A DNA stretch of 64,000 nucleotides from an uncultured Candidatus Cloacimonadota bacterium (GTDB taxonomy: Bacteria > Cloacimonadota > Cloacimonadia > Cloacimonadales > JAJBBL01), in NCBI GenBank assembly GCA_964464175.1, contig CAYXFD010000006.1, forward strand, positions 2,893 to 66,892, given 5' to 3'. Positions 30,821 through 39,643 of this stretch are shown here, piece by piece (position 1 is the first letter of the stretch; every line of letters starts with the position of its first letter). The notes beneath the pieces were generated by a model. It saw nothing but the letters and a program-made list of their open reading frames with translations. It made no database searches and was not told the DNA's origin. Position numbers and translations under genes: made by a program.

Positions 30821-32143
30821 ATGAATGTGACAGTTGTTGGCAGTGGTTATGTCGGTTTAGTGACCGGAACTTGTTTCTCGGAGATGGGAAACAGAGTCAT
30901 CTGTGTTGATAAAGATAAAGGAAAAATCGAAAAACTTAATCAGGGGATAATCCCGATTTATGAACCTGGTCTCGAAGAGATGCTCTTACGAAACAAAAGA
31001 GAGGAGCGGATTTCATTTACCACCGATCTCCGCAAAGCAGTAGAACAGTCTCAACTCTGTTTTATTGCAGTTAACACTCCTCCGGGTGAAGACGGCTCTG
31101 CTGATCTTACTCATGTTCTGAATGTAGCCAGAGATATTGCTCGGTTTATGAACGAGTATAAGATCATCGTTAACAAATCTACTGTCCCTGTCGGAACTGC
31201 AGATCTGGTGAAACAAGAAGTTACGAAGATACTGCAGGAAAGGGAAGAAAACCATGATTTTGCCGTCGTCTCTAATCCCGAGTTCTTAAAAGAGGGAAAT
31301 GCTCTTGAGGATTTTATGAAACCCGACAGGGTAGTTATCGGAACTGATAAGAAAGAAGTGGGAGAGACCATGACTGCTCTCTATTCCCCCTTTAACCGGG
31401 TGAATGAAAGGATCATGGTTATGTCCGTTCGTTCGGCAGAAATGACGAAATATGCAGCCAATGCCATGCTGGCAACAAAGATATCTTTTATCAATGAAAT
31501 TGCCAGATTGTGTGAACTGACCGGAGCAGATGTTGCCGAAGTCAGAAAAGGAATCGGTTCAGACAGCCGGATAGGCTATAAGTTTATCTACCCCGGGGTA
31601 GGTTATGGCGGCAGTTGTTTCCCCAAAGATATTGCCGCCCTGGTAAAGATGGGAGAACAGAATAAGCTTGATCTGCAAATATTACGGGCAGTGGAAACAG
31701 TAAATGAACAGCAGAAAATGATCCTCGTCGAGAAGGTTAAAAGACATTTCGGCAACGATCTTAGCGGAAAGAGATTTGCGGTTTGGGGATTAGCCTTTAA
31801 ACCCCAAACAGATGATATGAGGAAAGCCCCGTCTCTGACGATAATCGATGCTCTGCTCAAAGCAGGGGCAGCGGTAAGAGCTTGCGATCCGATAGCTCTG
31901 ACAGAAGCCAAGAAGGCTTTTGGAAAAAGAGAAGGTCTTTCCTTCTTTGAGGATAATTATGAGGTTCTTGAGGGGGCAGATGCTCTTCTGCTAATTACAG
32001 AATGGCACCAATTCCGCTATCCCGACTTCTCAAAAATGAAACAACTCATGAAAGATCCGGTAGTTTTTGACGGCAGAAATCAGTACAACCCCCAAAAGAT
32101 GAAAGAGACAGGTTTTATCCATTATTCGATCGGAAGACCTTAG
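30821..32143 (+). CDS. ugd: UDP-glucose 6-dehydrogenase
   Basis: Motifs VVGSGYVGLVTGTCF, NPEFLKEG and catalytic GYGGSCFPKD. The ATG at 30821 lies just after the TTG listed in the ORF track. Confidence 0.9.
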   Translation: MNVTVVGSGYVGLVTGTCFSEMGNRVICVDKDKGKIEKLNQGIIPIYEPGLEEMLLRNKREERISFTTDLRKAVEQSQLCFIAVNTPPGEDGSADLTHVLNVARDIARFMNEYKIIVNKSTVPVGTADLVKQEVTKILQEREENHDFAVVSNPEFLKEGNALEDFMKPDRVVIGTDKKEVGETMTALYSPFNRVNERIMVMSVRSAEMTKYAANAMLATKISFINEIARLCELTGADVAEVRKGIGSDSRIGYKFIYPGVGYGGSCFPKDIAALVKMGEQNKLDLQILRAVETVNEQQKMILVEKVKRHFGNDLSGKRFAVWGLAFKPQTDDMRKAPSLTIIDALLKAGAAVRACDPIALTEAKKAFGKREGLSFFEDNYEVLEGADALLLITEWHQFRYPDFSKMKQLMKDPVVFDGRNQYNPQKMKETGFIHYSIGRP

Positions 32144-32268
32144 GCAGAATTGGCGATAGGATTCAGATGTTCTTGACAGAGAGCAAATTTCGTTTATGCT
32201 GATAAGAGACTGGAATACTTGATACTGTATATCAGTTTTGAGCAGAACATTCATCAAGGAGTAAACAA

Positions 32269-32640
32269 ATGCCGGAAATATTGTCTATGAAAACATTTCT
32301 AAAACTCGAGGATAAACTCGGGACAGAAGCAGCAAAAGAGGTATATCAACTGGCAGAAGCTATCTATGAAGAAGTTGAGAAAAAAGCGGAAGAAATGCTG
32401 GGTCAATATCAGCTCCGAATCAAAGAGTCCGGAGAAAACTCTGCCACTAAAGGTGACTTGACTGATTTCCGGAAAGAGCTCAATACTACATTGATGACCT
32501 TGTTTGAAGAGAGAGTCGGTGATTTGAAAGATAAACTGCGGCAGCATCGCAAGGCTTTTCAGCGAGTGACACTCTTATTGATAGTTAATATTATCATTCT
32601 TCTGATCCTTTCCGGGTACGTTATTATTCCCTTGATCTAA
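32269..32640 (+). CDS. hypothetical coiled-coil protein with C-terminal membrane anchor (DUF1640-like pattern)
   Basis: 123 aa, helical and charged, with a C-terminal TM (VTLLLIVNIIILLILSGYVIIPL). The stop overlaps the tadA start as TAATG. Confidence 0.45.
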   Translation: MPEILSMKTFLKLEDKLGTEAAKEVYQLAEAIYEEVEKKAEEMLGQYQLRIKESGENSATKGDLTDFRKELNTTLMTLFEERVGDLKDKLRQHRKAFQRVTLLLIVNIIILLILSGYVIIPLI

Positions 32641-33089
32641 TGAAGGAAAGAGATCTCTCTTGGATGAATATTGCCCTTGCTGAGGCTGACAAGGCATTTG
32701 CCGAGGATGAAATCCCTGTCGGAGCGCTTTTGATCAAAGATAATGAGATTATCGCTAAAAATCATAACCGCACCAGACAGCTTAATGATCCCTCTGCTCA
32801 TGCTGAGAAATTGATCATTGAAGAATGTATCAAACAAAACCGGAAATATCTGACGGATTGTACTCTTTATGTTACTCTCGAGCCATGCAGTATGTGTGCC
32901 GGTTTGATGGTCTTGGTAAGATTGGGACGGCTTGTATTCGGTGCTCATGATCCCAAAACAGGAGCAGTTGGTTCTCTTTACAATATACCGTTGGATAGAC
33001 AACTGAATCATAATATTGAGATCTTGCAGGGATTACTGGCGGAAGAGAGCAGCAGATTATTGAAGACCTTTTTCAAAAATAAACGTTAG
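32640..33089 (+). CDS. tadA: tRNA adenosine(34) deaminase
   Basis: 149 aa with CDA zinc motifs HAE (SAHAEKL) and PCSMCAG. Confidence 0.9.
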   Translation: MKERDLSWMNIALAEADKAFAEDEIPVGALLIKDNEIIAKNHNRTRQLNDPSAHAEKLIIEECIKQNRKYLTDCTLYVTLEPCSMCAGLMVLVRLGRLVFGAHDPKTGAVGSLYNIPLDRQLNHNIEILQGLLAEESSRLLKTFFKNKR

Positions 33090-33090
33090 C

Positions 33091-33182
33091 GGAGAGTTGC
33101 CGGAGCGGTTGAACGGGGCGGTCTCGAAAACCGTTGAAGGTGGTGACACCTTCCCAGGGTTCGAATCCCTGACTCTCCGCCA
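33091..33182 (+). tRNA. tRNA-Ser (anticodon CGA), CCA encoded
   Basis: Hand-folded. Acceptor GGAGAGT/ACTCTCC, anticodon stem GCGGT/ACCGT, loop CTCGAAA, long variable arm, T-loop TTCGAAT. Confidence 0.9.
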
Positions 33183-33627
33183 TTATTTTATTTGTTTGGC
33201 TATTCTGGAGTTACTTGTATTCCTTGCTGTTTTGGTTACCAAAACGGTTCTCTCATAAGCCTTATTAGAGGATATTAGAGGGAACCGGATGAGATGTCTT
33301 TTTGGAGATAACTCGGTCCTGATTTAATACATCAATTTACCACCGGTATTCGAAAGCACTGCCTGGCTACAAATAGGGAAAACATGTGAATTAACCGGCA
33401 AACAACGAAATTGCGAATAATCAAGGTATCTTATTAAACAGGAAAGTAACAGTCACTATTATCTTTTAGATAAAAATTAACATCATTTCTTGACAAAAAA
33501 AATAGCTGATTATTTATTGCCTATAAGTTCGACATCCCATTTTTATGTAGATGTGAAAGTACTCATACTCCTTTTCTTGTTGGTTACGGGGATGCCGTGA
33601 ACAAGGAGAACAATATGAAGATTGATC

Positions 33628-33653
33628 AAAAAAAAATCAGTATACCCCCCCCC
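33628..33653. repeat. adjacent homopolymer tracts A9 and C9
   Basis: A9 at 33628-33636 and C9 at 33645-33653, about 210 nt upstream of the GLUG-repeat gene start. Confidence 0.9.
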
Positions 33654-33865
33654 TGTAACTTATTTCACAGCAAGGAATTAGATAATAGATTATCTCATTG
33701 GAGCAACTACGGTAATGTCAATACCAGTATCTCAACCCACAATAAATTCATTCCTCCCTCGTCTCTCTTAGTTATGGAGAGACGTATTAGTTCCGAAGTA
33801 CAAGGTATAATTTTTCTTCTGTGAATTATTATGTAGGTGCAATTAACATGATAAGGAGGATAATC

Positions 33866-36865
33866 ATGAAATTAAAGCTGAACATTGCTATGATAATCGC
33901 TATATTTTTAGGTTTAATAATAAACTTGTCTTTCAGTAACTTGTCTGCTGACTTTGCAGGAGGTGATGGAAGTGAGGGAAACCCTTTTTTAGTTGCAAAT
34001 GCTGCTCAATTAAATATGATAAGGAATTACTTAACTTACAATTTCAGATTGATATCCAACATTGTTCTTAGTGATTACTCTGATAACGAGGGTTGGGAAC
34101 CAATTGGATCTTATGTACCGGAATACCCTTTTCAAGGTAGTCTTGACGGTGATGGATATATTATAAGTAATCTCTTTATTGACCGGGAAACAAGTGGAAC
34201 AGGATTATTCGGCTATACGGAAAATGCTCTGCTGTCAAATATCATCATGTTCAACGTTGAAGTAACCGGGATAAACGATGTAGGAAGTTTAGCAGGGAAA
34301 ACCTATAACACTGAGATTATAAACACAGATCTGCAGAACATTACTATAAATGGAGAGAGTAATACCGGAGGACTTGTTGGTCACTTTGAAGCAGAAGATA
34401 AAATGGCTTGCTACATCATTGACTCTTACCTGCAGGGTACGGTTAACGGCTCTTCCGATAGAATTGGTGGTTTAGCAGGATCGTTTCATGGAGAGTATTC
34501 ATTTGTTGAGGATTGCCATACTCTGATCGTTGTCAACGGTAATAATCAAGTAGGTGGTTTGGCCGGAGAATTTAACGGGAGTTCTATCATAGATTCTTTT
34601 TCTTCAGGCAGTGTCAATGGTCATGAAGAAGTGGGTGGTTTAACCGGTCTTCTATATACATCGATTGTCGATTCAGGATCGGATGCCGACTTAACCGGTG
34701 TCAATATGGTCGGCGGATTAATCGGAGCGGGAGGTAAATACATTAGAGATTCTTTCTCTACCGGTCTTGTTGATGCTACCGGTGATAAAGCCGGAGGTCT
34801 TGTTGGTTCTTGTGAATTAGGCAGCAGTGTTATCCTCAGGTGTTTTTCAACAAGTGATGTGACGGCACTTGGAGATAATGTGGGTGGATTAGCAGGTAAG
34901 ATTAACGATAGTCTTACTCAGGTCAGTTTGTCTTATGCCTCAGGAAATGTAACAGGAAACAACTATGTTGGCGGTCTTTTCGGGTATAACTACTCAGGTG
35001 TCTATGTTGCCAACTGTTATGCCTCCGGAAGTATTGAAGGCAATGATTATGTTGGAGGTCTGATCGGCTACAACGATACTTATTATACATATTTGTCTCC
35101 CGGTTATACCCATGCTCCCCTAAGCTGCTATGCAACAGGTGATGTGTCTGGTTCTAACATAGTAGGTGGTCTTATCGGGTTTACCAATGGCGGAATAATT
35201 AATGTGATGCGAAATGAGTTACGTAACCTATACGCAACCGGTAATGTTACAGGTGATACTTATGTCGGAGGTCTGATCGGAGAAAACTTCGGTGCTCATA
35301 TAATCTATACATATTCTACAGGCTTGGTTGAAACTAATGAAGGAGGGATATATATTGGAGGCTTAATAGGACGAAACCATGGTGGAGGTGAGGTTAGTTA
35401 CAGTTATTGGGATTTAGTAACTTCCAAACAGCCGGATTCAGCAGGCGGTGAGGGTAAGATAACGGTAGATTTGGTTCGTGATAGAAGTGATCTCTATGCG
35501 AATTGGGATTTTACTAATGTCTGGACTATGACCGACTACACTACCTATCCTTATCTGCAATGGCAGAATGAGCCCGGTATCCATAACTATCCCCCAAACG
35601 GTTATCATAAGATCTTCTGCGGCAGAGGTTACTACTGGGAATCATTCCCCGTTCTCTGGAACAGGGATGCCAATGGAGATCAATGCGGCAGGGAGGTGCT
35701 TGAACCCTTGACCTATCATACTTACATCCAGGTTCAGAATGATATATACGAATCCATGGAATGGGATGGTGAGAATTGGTCAGAACCGCATATTTTTTTC
35801 AACAGCACCCGCGGTTATCAGATATCATTTCTTACATCTGATGAATTCAATCTCATAGTGAACCGTGAGAATGCTTTGCCGGAGAACGAGCCTTTTGATT
35901 CGGTTGTAACCATCTTCAATGATCGTGAAGTCAACTGGGTGGGGTACTTTATCCCTCAGACCCAATGCGCGTTTGCAGCCTTTTCCGGAATTATAGACGA
36001 TCTGGAAAGTGTAAAATCCGAAGAATGGAGTATCTGGCGTTATGGAGAAGGTCCCGATGACTGGATTTCAAATTTCGCTAATCCGAAAGTGGAGTTTGGC
36101 AAGATGTACATGGTGGTAACCAGGGAGTATGTTACTGAAGATCTTGATCTGGTCTGGAACCTTCCTACGGAAGAGGAGTATAGAGAGAATTTACGTAACC
36201 CGGAGTACTTCACCTATGAAGAGAAATCCGATTATGAGGCTTTCTTCATAGTAGAGATCGAAGACGACGAAGATGTTTTGGAAGTAGCCGTCTATGCCGG
36301 GGACGATTGTGTCGGTGCGAGTGTTTTTGAAGGGGTTTACCCTCTGGAGATCCTCGCCTATACCGATATGACCCATATCGGAGAAGATTTCAGCTTTGCC
36401 GTTCACCGGCAGAGCGAGAGAGGAGAGACTGCCATGATCCGGGTAGCGGGGGTAAAAGACCTCGAGACGGGAGAGTTCTCGGATCGAGTGCTTAAACCAC
36501 TCCGACAAAGGTTCTCCATAGTCAGATTAGGTTCGGGTGACTTCGAGCCTGTTCCGGTGGTAACTCCGGAAGTGATCCTTTCCCAGAATTATCCCAATCC
36601 CTTCTTATATAGTGAAGAGAGCCGTTCTCATCTGACCGAGATACCATTCTTTGTAGCCGAAAGCAGAGAGGTAACTCTGAAAATCTATAACATCCGGGGT
36701 CAGCTTGTTAAAACCCTCTTTTCCGGAACTGCCTCTGCAGGAAAGCATTCCATCGGCTGGAACGGACACAATGAACATAACCGCCGGGTAGGTTCCGGCA
36801 TCTATTTCTATCGTCTGGAAAGCGGTGAGCAGGCTCTCACCAGAAAGATGCTGCTTATCAGGTAG
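33866..36865 (+). CDS. secreted GLUG-motif repeat protein with T9SS-type C-terminal domain
   Basis: The start at 33866 follows AAGGAGGA, although the ORF opens at 33821. Signal peptide. More than 15 degenerate G-G-L-[VIA]-G repeats spaced about 20-30 aa apart. SYWDLVTSKQPDSAGGEGK module. C-terminal domain at 36587-36862. Confidence 0.75.
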   Translation: MKLKLNIAMIIAIFLGLIINLSFSNLSADFAGGDGSEGNPFLVANAAQLNMIRNYLTYNFRLISNIVLSDYSDNEGWEPIGSYVPEYPFQGSLDGDGYIISNLFIDRETSGTGLFGYTENALLSNIIMFNVEVTGINDVGSLAGKTYNTEIINTDLQNITINGESNTGGLVGHFEAEDKMACYIIDSYLQGTVNGSSDRIGGLAGSFHGEYSFVEDCHTLIVVNGNNQVGGLAGEFNGSSIIDSFSSGSVNGHEEVGGLTGLLYTSIVDSGSDADLTGVNMVGGLIGAGGKYIRDSFSTGLVDATGDKAGGLVGSCELGSSVILRCFSTSDVTALGDNVGGLAGKINDSLTQVSLSYASGNVTGNNYVGGLFGYNYSGVYVANCYASGSIEGNDYVGGLIGYNDTYYTYLSPGYTHAPLSCYATGDVSGSNIVGGLIGFTNGGIINVMRNELRNLYATGNVTGDTYVGGLIGENFGAHIIYTYSTGLVETNEGGIYIGGLIGRNHGGGEVSYSYWDLVTSKQPDSAGGEGKITVDLVRDRSDLYANWDFTNVWTMTDYTTYPYLQWQNEPGIHNYPPNGYHKIFCGRGYYWESFPVLWNRDANGDQCGREVLEPLTYHTYIQVQNDIYESMEWDGENWSEPHIFFNSTRGYQISFLTSDEFNLIVNRENALPENEPFDSVVTIFNDREVNWVGYFIPQTQCAFAAFSGIIDDLESVKSEEWSIWRYGEGPDDWISNFANPKVEFGKMYMVVTREYVTEDLDLVWNLPTEEEYRENLRNPEYFTYEEKSDYEAFFIVEIEDDEDVLEVAVYAGDDCVGASVFEGVYPLEILAYTDMTHIGEDFSFAVHRQSERGETAMIRVAGVKDLETGEFSDRVLKPLRQRFSIVRLGSGDFEPVPVVTPEVILSQNYPNPFLYSEESRSHLTEIPFFVAESREVTLKIYNIRGQLVKTLFSGTASAGKHSIGWNGHNEHNRRVGSGIYFYRLESGEQALTRKMLLIR

Positions 36866-36936
36866 TGAGAATCTTTCACTGAAGAAAGGAATTTCCGCAA
36901 ATGGCACAAAGCAAAATACACAAATACTCGAAGGTA

Positions 36937-37078
36937 ACGGTATGCCGTGTTTGCTGCATATTTTGCTGAATTGCAGAATGAACCGCAGGTACCTTGTTTT
37001 ACCGGTTACCGGTATGCAGAATAAAATGTTGGAACAAAGACAAAAGATCAATGATTCTGTAGGGGCACGGCATACCGT
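36937..37078. repeat. 13-bp perfect inverted repeat pair in an intergenic region
   Basis: ACGGTATGCCGTG at 36937-36949 and its reverse complement CACGGCATACCGT at 37066-37078. The right copy forms the 8-bp GC hairpin GGGCACGG-CATA-CCGTGCCC (37063-37082). A third CGGTATGC lies at 37010-37017, next to tandem TACCGGT TACCGGT. Confidence 0.8.
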
Positions 37079-37132
37079 GCCCTGCAGGGTCTATTCAGAA
37101 ACCGAGACAGAAAATTATAACCGGAGAATATC

Positions 37133-39523
37133 ATGAAATTTATACCAATCATTCTCTTTCTTACGATAATGTCACACCTCTCTTGCCTAACCTGGGAGAT
37201 AAGGCAGGATGGAACAGGAGATTTCACCGCCATCTCAGCCGGAATAGCAGTTGCCCAGGATGGTGATACTCTCCTTGTTCATCCGGGTATTTACCATGAA
37301 AACATCAGTTATGATGGTAAGAATATCACCATTACCAGCCTCTATGACGGTGATCAATACAATGAGAGCTATATTGCCAATACGGTAATAAACGGTAATC
37401 AGAACGGAACGGTAGTCCTTTTCAACAATAACGAAACCCGTGATGCTGTTCTTAACGGTTTTACCATCACCAACGGGAGTGGTCATCTGGAATTGCAGTT
37501 CAGTGAATTTGGGGTCGGGGGTGGTATTTACATCCAGCATGCCTCTCCGGTTATCAGTAACTGCATTGTAGAACACAATTTTGCCTACCTCGGCGGCGGA
37601 ATAGCTTTGAGAGGCGGCGGGAATCCACTTTTCAAGGGGAATACCATCAGATACAACCTCGGTTACAGTTATGGGGGTTTTTTTAAGAGTTTGAATACCT
37701 TTTTTGAGTTTTGTACCGAATCCCTGAACAGTATATACCTCAACACCGGAAGTATGGCTAATGATCTTACCCTAAGCGGCAGCGAAGTTTCGAGTCTTGC
37801 ACTTGATACCTTCACCGTAATAAATCCCGATAAATACTTTGTTTGTTTGCATGAAAACATTCCTGCTGATTTTACCCTGACGATCAATGAGGGGAAGATA
37901 ACCCCTGTTGCTGCCGATCTCTATGTTGCTCCCGACGGTTGTGACAGCAACAGCGGCTTGACTCCCGATGACCCTCTGCAGACCATAGCGCTGGCGATGA
38001 AAATGATCGCTCCCGACAGTCTCCTGCAGAGAACGGTCTATGTCTCGGAAGGGGTCTATTCCGCTTCCCTCAACAACCAGATCCTCCCGGTGCAGTTGCG
38101 GGAGAATATTGCTCTGATCGGTGCCGGTAAGGAAACCACTGTCATCGACGGTGAACATACCCACCCCCTTCTTGCTGCAATTTCCAACTCGGCTGCCCAT
38201 GACGGCATCTTAAGCAATTTTACCGTAAAGAACTTCAGTCTGATAAACGGAAGCAGTATGATAAGGCATATGTCTAATACGGTTGTGTATTATCATTACA
38301 CATCCGGGTATCATTTTGAGAATATTGATATCACCGGATGTCAACTTACCGGGTATAGTATTGTTAGCAGTTGGCATGGCAGCGGAGATTATTCCGTTAA
38401 GAACCTTAACATATACGATAATAGCGGTAACAGAGCTTGTGTCTTAGGTCATACTTACTATGAATACAATCTCACTGCTCAAAATATCCGGGTAAGAGGT
38501 CAGCGTCCGGGACCGTTGCTGCCTAACTATGAAGGAGGAAATGGTGGCGGTATGGGTATAGATTCTCATTATTCATTTTTGATAACCGAAAACTCAACCG
38601 CCGATATCGTTAATCTGGAAGTGACCGATAACCTGATCGATAATGTCTTTCCCCCCTGGAGTCATCTGCCGCGGGGTAATCTGGAGATCAGAGGACCGGG
38701 AACCATCCGGGTCATCAATGCCACTATCGGTGACAATAACTCTACCAACCTAACCGGTGGGGGGGTGACTTTCGGTGAGCACATCAACCATATAGAACTC
38801 ATCAACTCCATCGTTTACGGCAACTCTCCCCACAATGTAGCCGTGCAGAATACCATCGGTTCTCAATTTGGTGATGTTTATATATCTCATTCCCTCATCA
38901 AAGGGGGAGAGGAGGGCATATTATATTTCGATAACAACTGGACTAACCTCCACTGGGGCGAGGGTAATATTGATGCCGATCCGCTCTGGATAGGTGCAGT
39001 TAACCCTGATATAGAGCATGAATATCCCTATCTTCTCTCGGAACAATCACCCGCCCGTAATGCCGGGACACTCGATATACCAGGTTTCGTGTTCTCTGAA
39101 TATGATCTTGCCGGCAATCCCCGTATCTACGGAGATTCTATCGATTTAGGAGCTTATGAATGGCATCCTGATACCGGAATAGATATTTATGAGATACTTC
39201 CTGAGGTTACTGATCACGATTACAATCTTTACAACTATCCCAATCCGGCAGTAAGCTTGCAGAGTATGGGGAGAGGCAAGGGTATGGGGACAACTATCAG
39301 CTTTATCATGCCCCGGGAGGGGGAGGCGGTAATAGATATCTATAATGTGAAAGGTCAGTTTATCAGAAGGCTGTTCAATGCCGCTGTTCCGGCAGGAGAG
39401 TATGAAGTCTTCTGGAACGGCAGGGATGAACAGGAAAGGATAGTAGCAACCGGTTTCTATATGTACCGCCTACAGATAGACGGCAAACAGGCAGCTACAG
39501 GTAGATGTACCTTTGTTAAATAG
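37133..39523 (+). CDS. secreted right-handed beta-helix protein with T9SS-type C-terminal domain
   Basis: 796 aa with a signal peptide. Parallel beta-helix repeats (NGFTITNGSG, GGGIYIQHASPVISNCIVEHN, GGGIALRGGGNPLFKGNTI). DLGAYEW module near the C-terminus. C-terminal domain at 39233-39520. Confidence 0.7.
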   Translation: MKFIPIILFLTIMSHLSCLTWEIRQDGTGDFTAISAGIAVAQDGDTLLVHPGIYHENISYDGKNITITSLYDGDQYNESYIANTVINGNQNGTVVLFNNNETRDAVLNGFTITNGSGHLELQFSEFGVGGGIYIQHASPVISNCIVEHNFAYLGGGIALRGGGNPLFKGNTIRYNLGYSYGGFFKSLNTFFEFCTESLNSIYLNTGSMANDLTLSGSEVSSLALDTFTVINPDKYFVCLHENIPADFTLTINEGKITPVAADLYVAPDGCDSNSGLTPDDPLQTIALAMKMIAPDSLLQRTVYVSEGVYSASLNNQILPVQLRENIALIGAGKETTVIDGEHTHPLLAAISNSAAHDGILSNFTVKNFSLINGSSMIRHMSNTVVYYHYTSGYHFENIDITGCQLTGYSIVSSWHGSGDYSVKNLNIYDNSGNRACVLGHTYYEYNLTAQNIRVRGQRPGPLLPNYEGGNGGGMGIDSHYSFLITENSTADIVNLEVTDNLIDNVFPPWSHLPRGNLEIRGPGTIRVINATIGDNNSTNLTGGGVTFGEHINHIELINSIVYGNSPHNVAVQNTIGSQFGDVYISHSLIKGGEEGILYFDNNWTNLHWGEGNIDADPLWIGAVNPDIEHEYPYLLSEQSPARNAGTLDIPGFVFSEYDLAGNPRIYGDSIDLGAYEWHPDTGIDIYEILPEVTDHDYNLYNYPNPAVSLQSMGRGKGMGTTISFIMPREGEAVIDIYNVKGQFIRRLFNAAVPAGEYEVFWNGRDEQERIVATGFYMYRLQIDGKQAATGRCTFVK

Positions 39524-39643
39524 GGTTTTTGTCATTATAAACAGGATAATAACGGGATTGTCTAAGGGTCGGTATTATCTCTTGCAAAGAGACCATTTGT
39601 CAGAGAAAGCAATTAAGGAAACGAGAGGATAATCGTTCCTGAG

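Noticed and set aside
33597-33824. 75-aa ORF (GTG start) upstream of the GLUG gene.
   Set aside because: It runs through the A9/C9 tracts, has no SD and no signal or domain features, and merges into the spurious 5' extension of the next ORF.
36605-37051. 148-aa minus-strand ORF spanning the intergenic repeat region, and the 103-aa plus-strand ORF at 36825-37136.
   Set aside because: Both overlap the 3' end of the GLUG gene or the next gene's start. They have odd composition and no RBS. The region is better explained as structured non-coding DNA.
36937-37078. The 13-bp inverted repeats as termini of a 142-bp MITE.
   Set aside because: No target-site duplication flanks the repeats. I noticed no other copy in the window. 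Each repeat is an internal palindrome, which is more typical of hairpin or operator sites.
33091-39643. tRNA-Ser (CGA) as an integration site for a genomic island carrying the two cargo genes.
   Set aside because: There is no integrase or recombinase ORF. I see no direct repeat of the tRNA 3' end downstream, and there are no other mobility genes.
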